In this document: in pieces, positions 57,951-64,000 of the stretch | Numbering within the stretch: the first letter of the stretch is position 1 | Layout: the number at the start of each line of letters is the position of its first letter | NCBI GenBank assembly: GCA_963676795.2 | Contig: CAXXTB010000002.1 | Coordinates: forward strand, 1,760,001-1,824,000 | Length of the DNA: 64,000 nucleotides | DNA from: Geopsychrobacteraceae bacterium | Lineage (GTDB): Bacteria > Desulfobacterota > Desulfuromonadia > Desulfuromonadales > Geopsychrobacteraceae | Direction: 5' to 3' | Notes under the pieces: model-generated | What the model was told of the DNA's origin: nothing | The model's input: only the letters and a program-made list of their open reading frames with translations | Databases searched by the model: none | Translations under genes and position numbers: made by a program

Positions 57951-60900
57951 TCAGCCACTGGTCAACAAAGCTTCCAGGGCACGCAGCAGAACAGTAAACG
58001 GATGGTAGTTTTGCGGTACTTCCGTCATCAGCGCCTGTTTGAGGGTCTCATAATTACGCAGCCGCTGGCGCCGCTCGCGGAAATACCTTTCCGGCTGATC
58101 GGCATTCTGCCCGGCCACCTGCTGAACAAGGCGGACAGTGACCGTATGCAGCGAGCTGAGCAGTGCTTCACGCGCGCGGCGATCCCAGCTGTTACGGGTG
58201 CTGACCCTGTTCAGCTGGTCAAGGACCGCATCGAGACCGACAGTCTTTTGCACCAGCACATGGATTCTCGCCAGCCTCTCCAGCTCAAGGGCCAGGGTGT
58301 CACTCATGCAGATCAACGGCAGGAAATCGAAAAGACTGTCGAGAACCGACAGCTTGTAGGCGGTCAATTGCGCGACCCCTTCGCTGATCAGGCGTTTCCT
58401 CTCGTCGAGACAGACGGCCCAGCGGTCCTCCGGCAGAACCCGCGGCAACATCCGGGCGTAATCCTTGAGCTGCCTTGCAATATGCTCGAACTCGGCCGGG
58501 GTCTTGGGGATCGCCATATCGTAGGCAAGAGCATAGGTGCAGAAGGTTCCGAGCAGATCTTCGAGCCGGTGCAACAGCTCATACTGCCGCTCCGCCGGCA
58601 TCCGGTTATCCAGAGCAAAGATCGCCCTGCGCAGTTCCGGCCCGTCGAGCAGAACATCGAACAGCAGATAGGCGCAGGCCACCTCAGCCTGAGAACGACC
58701 GGTCATGCGGCTGCAATCCTGCACAAAAGCACAGCCCGACTGGCCGATAACCCGGTTGGTCAGCACCGTTGCCGTGATCTCACGGGCCAGCGGGTGGGTT
58801 GGCAGCAATTCCCGGTACTGAGCCTGGATCTGATCCGGGAAATAATCGAAAAGAAGATTGCTGACGGCGGGATTCTCCGGCCATTCGAAGTCGAGCAGAT
58901 TACGGAACAGGAACATCTTGCTGTAGGCCAGCAGCACCGATAGCTCAGGGCGGGTCAGATGATTGGGCTGGCGCAGCGCGACATCCTTGCGATTCGGCAG
59001 GAATTCGCCCTGCCGGTCGAGCAGACCGGCCCGGCTCAGACGCTCGATCTGATCCATGAAGGGTTCGACATCCTTGCGGCAGCGTAAACTGTCGAGAGAA
59101 ATCGCCAGGCTCTGCATGTAGTTATTGGCCAGAACCGACTGGCAGACATCCTCCTCAATCTGTTCCAGCAGCTCATAGCCATGCTGATCGTCGGCGAGCA
59201 CTCCCCGGCGGCGAAGCACCTGGAGCAGGATTTTCAGGTTGACCTCATGGTCGGAGCTATCGACCCCCCCTGAGTTGTCGATGGAATCGGTATTGAGCAG
59301 GCCACCGTTCAGTGCGAATTCAATACGCCCCAGCTGGGTCATCCCCAGGTTGCCCCCTTCTCCGAAAACCCTGCAGCGCAGTTCGCAACCGTCGACCCGC
59401 AACGGATCATTCCCCTTGTCGCCAACCTGCTCATGAGTCTGCACAGACGCCTTGACATAGGTGCCGATTCCACCGTTCCAGATCAGATCTACTTTCGCCT
59501 TCAACAACAGTCGGATCAGCTCGTTGGCCTCGAGCGAACCGGGCCTGATACCAAGCCAGGCCGCGACCTCCTTAGAAACCGGAATCTCCTTTGATTGTCG
59601 GGAATATACCCCGCCACCTTTAGAAATCAGTTGAGGGTTGTAATCGTCCCATCCCGAGCGCGGCAGCTGGAACAGCCGGCTGCGTTCCTGCCAGGAAATT
59701 TGCGGATCCGGATCAGGATCGAGAAAGATATGACGATGGTTGAAAGCGGCCAGCAGGCGAATCTGCTTCGACAGCAGCATGCCGTTGCCGAAGACGTCGC
59801 CACTCATATCACCGATACCGACCACGCTAAACGGTTCATTCTGGATATCGGTTCCCAGCTCGCGGAACGAGCGCTTGACGCACTCCCAGGCGCCACGCGC
59901 GGTAATCCCCAGCTTTTTATGGTCATAGCCGTGCGATCCGCCACTGGCAAAGGCATCACCGAGCCAGAAGCCGTAATCCTTGCTGATCGCATTTGCCGTA
60001 TCGGAGAGATGTGCTGTCCCCTTGTCAGCAGCGACAACCAGATAGGGATCCTTGTCATCATAGACAACAACCCCTTGCGGCCTGACGACCTCGTCGCCGT
60101 GGCGATTGTCGGTCAGGTCGAGCAACCCGCGCATCAGTGTCTGGTAGGCTTCTTTGACATAGCGCCCCTGCTCTTCCCGGTCAGCGCTGCTGCGCTTGGT
60201 AATAAACCCGCCCTTCGAGCCTTCCGGAACGATCACGGCATTCTTGGTCATCTGGGCCTTAACCAGGCCAAGCACCTCGGTTCGGAAATCGTCCGGCCGG
60301 TCCGACCAGCGGATCCCGCCTCTAGCCACCTTGCCACCGCGCAGGTGAATCCCTTCCATGGTTGACGAGTGAACATAGACCTCGTAGAGCGGCCGCGGAG
60401 CAGGCATATCCATAACCCCTAGGGAACTCACCTTGAACGACAGGAAGTAATCCTCCTGGCCATAGCGCAGATAAAAGTTGGTGCGGATCGTCGAATCGAT
60501 CAGGTTGAACAGGGTGCGCAGGATCCTGTCTTCGTTCGGATCACTGACCTGTTCCAGCGCATTGACAAGATCCTGGCGGATCGGTCCGAGAACATCGATC
60601 TCGCGGGTCAGTGGATCCGCCCAGTCGGCAACTGGCTTGAAACGCCCTTCGAAATAACGGAACAGCAAAATGCTGACACCAGGATTGTCGATCAGCGCAT
60701 CATCAATCCGTTTTTTGGTAAAGGGACAGCCCAGCTGAAAATAATAATTACGGTAGGCACGGAACACATCGATCTCATGCCAGGTCAGGCCGGTCAACAG
60801 CAGCAACTGGTGGAGCAGATCGTTCTCGACCCGGCCGCTGCAGAGGGCCGTCAGGGTATCGATAAGCAGCGGCTTGAGCCGGGCATAGTCCAGTTCGGAC

Positions 60901-62711
60901 TGATAGTTGATGGCAAAGCTCTTGATATAGACGGCTTTGCCGCCGACGGTCAGATCGGTATCGACCTCGTAGAGAACCCTGAGGCTGAGATTCTGCAGGA
61001 ATGGCATCAGGTCGTTGAGAAAATGCCTGTCAAAACTGTAATACTGCAGGCGGTAGTAATCCCCCTGATCATGAAAAGGTCCCCAGAGATCGAAGATATC
61101 CACTTCGAGGCTGCGCAGGGTTTCGAGATTGACAACATCCCGGACCGCGAAACGCGGATGCGTACGGGCCCGGTAATCCTGATCAAAAGCATCCCTGTAA
61201 TCAGCCCAGACCTTCTCACCAGAGTCGGGCAGAGATTTCTCCAGCAGACGCCTGAATTTCTGTTTCCAGGGCATTGCCAGTCGGGTCAGTCCGGTCTCCA
61301 GCTGGAGGATGTCAATCTCCACCTCCTTGCCCTTAAGGATCATATTGGCGTGCAGGCTCAGATAGTCACTGGCCAGATGGATCAGCCTGGTTTCAACTGT
61401 CAGCGCCTTGAAGTAGCGGCGCAGGTAGGCCTCCATACGCTCGATATTCTCCGGCAAATAATATTCGTTCGGCATGATCAGCAGCAGGGTCAACCCCTGC
61501 TCGGAGGCTCCCGGCGCGACAACCACCTTGACCCCGGCCTGACGGTGCATCAGGGTAAAGGACCGCAGCATGCGGCGCAGTTCGTCATCCCCCATCAGAA
61601 ACAGCTCAATCTTGGGAAAGCTGTTGATGATCTGCACAGTTTTCCGATAATTATGGCTGTCGTGTGAAATCTTCAGCTGCTGCTGGGCCGCTTCGATCCG
61701 CCGCCGCAGGGGCTCGATGGAATAGGCATTCTCATCAATACTCTTCTGGGTATAAAAGCCCCAGAAACAGTGCTCGCGAAAACGGTTATCATCCAGCGAC
61801 TCGCGAAAACCAAGGTAGGTCAGACGCTCAAAGCGATGCAAGGGACAGCGCAACTCGGTCTTTTCCAGGTCGACATTCTTGCCATGGCCAAGATAGGTAA
61901 AAACCAGGTCCGGGGTCAGCTGAAGGGTCTTGGTCTTACGATAGTACGGCTGATCGGTGAAATCGGTGAGCCCCAGCCGGGCACTCTCATCCTCGACGAA
62001 TTCGCTGACCTTGGCCGCGGCAGGATAGACATAGCTGCGGTATGCCACGGCGACGAAACTGTCCCCCTGCAGCCATCGGTAGAGGTCTTCGAAGCGGGAC
62101 AGCCCTTCAATCCGGGCGAGTTCGGCATAACGGGAGAAGATCGCCTGGCGATCTGCGTAAATACAGAGCGCGGCTTCAACAATCGTCCGCATCGCCTGCT
62201 CCAGGACCGTCAGATCCTCATCCGCCAGACGTTCCAGTTCGAGCCAGACGAACGACTCCTGAGCCATTTCCGCTTGCCCCTCACAGGCGCGCAGCAGGGT
62301 TCCGTTCTGACGCTCAACCGACAGTATGGGATGGCAGATCACGCGGAAGTGATAACCCTTGCGGTGCAGGTATTCCTGGATACTGAAGAAAATATGATTG
62401 GCATCGGGACTGTTGATGAGCAGATCATAGCTGCCGGGAGTGGCCAGCGGAATCAGCCCGACCTGAATGGTCTCCCTGCGTTCCTTGAGAAAATGACCGA
62501 CCTTGACGAGGTTCCGGACCTGGTTTTCCAACGACAACTGGATCTGTAACGTACGGGGTATTTCATACTGGAGGATCAGCGCCAGATCGAGCAGCAGGCC
62601 ATCCGGATCCACCTCCCCCTGCCTGGTCAACTCCTGCTGCAGTGCCTCACGGCTGAACGGCTGTCCGGACTGCTGCGCCTTGTTCCCGTGCCTTACGACC
62701 CTTACCTTCAT
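57951..62711 (-). CDS. gdhB: Large NAD-specific glutamate dehydrogenase (GDH2/GdhB family)
   Basis: ~1590 aa; GIHLRGGKVARGGIRWSDR, KNAVIVPEGSKGGF, YLVVAADKGTA, GDAFASGGS, GIGDMSGDVFGNG, DNSGGVDSSDHEVNLKI. Confidence 0.93.
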   Translation of the reverse strand: MKVRVVRHGNKAQQSGQPFSREALQQELTRQGEVDPDGLLLDLALILQYEIPRTLQIQLSLENQVRNLVKVGHFLKERRETIQVGLIPLATPGSYDLLINSPDANHIFFSIQEYLHRKGYHFRVICHPILSVERQNGTLLRACEGQAEMAQESFVWLELERLADEDLTVLEQAMRTIVEAALCIYADRQAIFSRYAELARIEGLSRFEDLYRWLQGDSFVAVAYRSYVYPAAAKVSEFVEDESARLGLTDFTDQPYYRKTKTLQLTPDLVFTYLGHGKNVDLEKTELRCPLHRFERLTYLGFRESLDDNRFREHCFWGFYTQKSIDENAYSIEPLRRRIEAAQQQLKISHDSHNYRKTVQIINSFPKIELFLMGDDELRRMLRSFTLMHRQAGVKVVVAPGASEQGLTLLLIMPNEYYLPENIERMEAYLRRYFKALTVETRLIHLASDYLSLHANMILKGKEVEIDILQLETGLTRLAMPWKQKFRRLLEKSLPDSGEKVWADYRDAFDQDYRARTHPRFAVRDVVNLETLRSLEVDIFDLWGPFHDQGDYYRLQYYSFDRHFLNDLMPFLQNLSLRVLYEVDTDLTVGGKAVYIKSFAINYQSELDYARLKPLLIDTLTALCSGRVENDLLHQLLLLTGLTWHEIDVFRAYRNYYFQLGCPFTKKRIDDALIDNPGVSILLFRYFEGRFKPVADWADPLTREIDVLGPIRQDLVNALEQVSDPNEDRILRTLFNLIDSTIRTNFYLRYGQEDYFLSFKVSSLGVMDMPAPRPLYEVYVHSSTMEGIHLRGGKVARGGIRWSDRPDDFRTEVLGLVKAQMTKNAVIVPEGSKGGFITKRSSADREEQGRYVKEAYQTLMRGLLDLTDNRHGDEVVRPQGVVVYDDKDPYLVVAADKGTAHLSDTANAISKDYGFWLGDAFASGGSHGYDHKKLGITARGAWECVKRSFRELGTDIQNEPFSVVGIGDMSGDVFGNGMLLSKQIRLLAAFNHRHIFLDPDPDPQISWQERSRLFQLPRSGWDDYNPQLISKGGGVYSRQSKEIPVSKEVAAWLGIRPGSLEANELIRLLLKAKVDLIWNGGIGTYVKASVQTHEQVGDKGNDPLRVDGCELRCRVFGEGGNLGMTQLGRIEFALNGGLLNTDSIDNSGGVDSSDHEVNLKILLQVLRRRGVLADDQHGYELLEQIEEDVCQSVLANNYMQSLAISLDSLRCRKDVEPFMDQIERLSRAGLLDRQGEFLPNRKDVALRQPNHLTRPELSVLLAYSKMFLFRNLLDFEWPENPAVSNLLFDYFPDQIQAQYRELLPTHPLAREITATVLTNRVIGQSGCAFVQDCSRMTGRSQAEVACAYLLFDVLLDGPELRRAIFALDNRMPAERQYELLHRLEDLLGTFCTYALAYDMAIPKTPAEFEHIARQLKDYARMLPRVLPEDRWAVCLDERKRLISEGVAQLTAYKLSVLDSLFDFLPLICMSDTLALELERLARIHVLVQKTVGLDAVLDQLNRVSTRNSWDRRAREALLSSLHTVTVRLVQQVAGQNADQPERYFRERRQRLRNYETLKQALMTEVPQNYHPFTVLLRALEALLTSG

Positions 62712-62817
62712 CCCGTCACTCCTCATCCGCGAATTGAAAAGTTGAATCAATCCATTGAGATAGGTTCGCTAGAAAGATCATAAACGAGCAACTCGAGCTT
62801 AGCAAGCTAAGGCTTGA

Positions 62818-63615
62818 TCAACTCCTATGATTCTGCAGGAAAGCCGCCGCGAGCCGTGAGAAATCATCCAGATCGAGAGTCTCACCACGCCGCCCGGGAT
62901 CGATCCCGGCAGTCTTCAGAGCGGAATCGATCTGCTCGGCAGTGAAACCGGAGGCCAGCAAACTGTTGCGCAGCGTCTTGCGCCGCTGGGTAAAGGCCCC
63001 CTTGACGACCCGGACAAAAAAGGCCTCATCGACAGGATCGACGCGCGGGGTAGCGCGCAGGACAAACTTCAGCACGATCGAGTCAACCTTGGGCGGTGGG
63101 TTGAACGCACCAGGCTTGACGATGGTCACATTGCGCATCTCGTACCAGAGCTGACAGAGAACCGAAAGAATTCCGTAAGCCTTGCTGCCTGGTTCAGCGA
63201 GCAGGCGTTCGCCGACCTCGCGCTGGAACATCAGCACCATGCGACTGAAGAGATCGCGGTTTTCCAGCAGCTTGAAGACGATCTGGCTGGAGATATTATA
63301 GGGCAGATTGGCCACCAGAACGTAAGGCGCACGAACCAGCTGGCTCCTCCAGTTGCCCTTCAGGACATCACCGGCATGGATCGTCAGACGCGGTTCATTG
63401 CGCTGCTCAAGACGCTCGATCAGGTCACGGTCGATCTCCATGACCTCGACATGCTCGACAGCGTTGAGCAGTTCGTCCGTCAGCACGCCAAGACCGGGAC
63501 CGATCTCAACGACGGACTTTTCTCTGGTCAGTTCCGCAGCCGCCATGATCTTGTCGATCACCCCGTGATCATGCAGAAAGTGCTGTCCGAAACGTTTCTT
63601 GGTTTGATAAGCCAT
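62818..63615 (-). CDS. rsmA: 16S rRNA m6,2A1518/1519 dimethyltransferase
   Basis: KKRFGQHFL, VEIGPGLG, VANLPYNIS, MFQREV, FNPPPKVDS, FTQRRKTLRN. Confidence 0.97.
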   Translation of the reverse strand: MAYQTKKRFGQHFLHDHGVIDKIMAAAELTREKSVVEIGPGLGVLTDELLNAVEHVEVMEIDRDLIERLEQRNEPRLTIHAGDVLKGNWRSQLVRAPYVLVANLPYNISSQIVFKLLENRDLFSRMVLMFQREVGERLLAEPGSKAYGILSVLCQLWYEMRNVTIVKPGAFNPPPKVDSIVLKFVLRATPRVDPVDEAFFVRVVKGAFTQRRKTLRNSLLASGFTAEQIDSALKTAGIDPGRRGETLDLDDFSRLAAAFLQNHRS

Positions 63616-63672
63616 TGCCATCCTTTTTATGTGATCTAGTTGCCTGTCGGAAACTCCGAAAGCCACCCTGTG

Positions 63673-63815
63673 AGTTTTCAGATTGGAAACGAGCAATTTT
63701 TTGCAAGATCAAGGAAATCGAGCCATTGCGCGGAGGCGAAGCACTTTACGCCGCACAAGCAAGGGTGAAGGTTGACGCCGAGATTGCGAAAAAGGGCCGT
63801 TTCCAGCTGAAAACT
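63673..63815. repeat. MITE-like ~143-bp element with terminal inverted repeats
   Basis: AGTTTTCAGATTGGAAACG ... CGTTTCCAGCTGAAAACT terminal inverted repeats with further internal pairing (TTTTTGCAAGATC / GAGATTGCGAAAAA). Confidence 0.65.
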
Positions 63816-64000
63816 ATCTGCGCCGCGGCCAGCGCGGAATCTTCCAGGTTCTCAAAACCGGAACAAAACGAACACCCAGCGCATAGGTGATAATTGCGGC
63901 AGGAATACCAAGCACCAGGCTGCCGAGGCAGAGCGGCAGGATAACCTTGGCGCCCATGTGCCAACTCAAGTGAAGATCGAAGAAATGCTTCGAATAGATC
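63814..64000 (-). CDS. DUF2062-like membrane protein, 3' part only
   Basis: ...GAKVILPLCLGSLVLGIPAAIITYALGVRFVPVLRTWKIPRWPRRR*: TM helix with PL.LGS..LG pattern and a basic tail. Confidence 0.6.
   Translation of the reverse strand, partial: IYSKHFFDLHLSWHMGAKVILPLCLGSLVLGIPAAIITYALGVRFVPVLRTWKIPRWPRRR

Noticed and set aside
57927..62549. Several 250-340-aa + strand ORFs
   Set aside because: Antisense shadows of the large glutamate dehydrogenase gene.
1..64000. CRISPR array, integron, integrase or transposase
   Set aside because: No regularly spaced repeats, attC series, cas, recombinase or transposase ORFs were seen by eye.

Overview
GC-rich chromosomal segment that looks like a Desulfuromonadales (Desulfobacterota) bacterium. 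This is inferred from the tmRNA tag ADSDVSYALAA, c-type cytochromes, the pan RNA and gene content. 1-18 kb: PrpF-family tautomerase (partial), TetR, pdxH, a PPi-type Pfk, a frameshifted Tat flavoprotein with a tetraheme cytochrome c, hrpB, a PAS-PP2C phosphatase, a SorAB-like sulfite dehydrogenase, a porCDAB-LysR operon with two tandem LysR boxes, and a GspE/PilB ATPase. 18-19 kb: an AT-rich islet of tiny ORFs, including a 59-aa XRE-HTH missing from the ORF track. 19-30 kb: acsA-pdhA-pdhB-pdhC-ACP (no E3), a non-glutamate-type amino-acid dehydrogenase, a second 2-oxoacid:ferredoxin oxidoreductase and an acyl-CoA ligase. 30-51 kb: an accessory region ending at the 3' end of ssrA. It holds an intact Wadjet/MksBEFG (jetABCD) SMC system, a Tat Mo enzyme, a sigma54-driven small protein, ompW between two diverged copies of a kinase 3' end, a kinase pseudogene, a RelA/SpoT-type synthetase, a TA remnant and higBA. 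It also holds an epimerase plus GT-like gene pair, ovoA with a class-V PLP lyase, an MFS transporter, and rearranged copies of the ssrA 3' end. 51.7-64 kb: core genes ssrA, smpB, rseC-like, amidohydrolase, panP-panC-panB with a pan RNA leader, large NAD-GDH, rsmA, a MITE-like repeat and a partial DUF2062-like gene. No integrase, CRISPR array, rRNA or tRNA gene was found. All family calls come from motif recognition by eye, not database searches.
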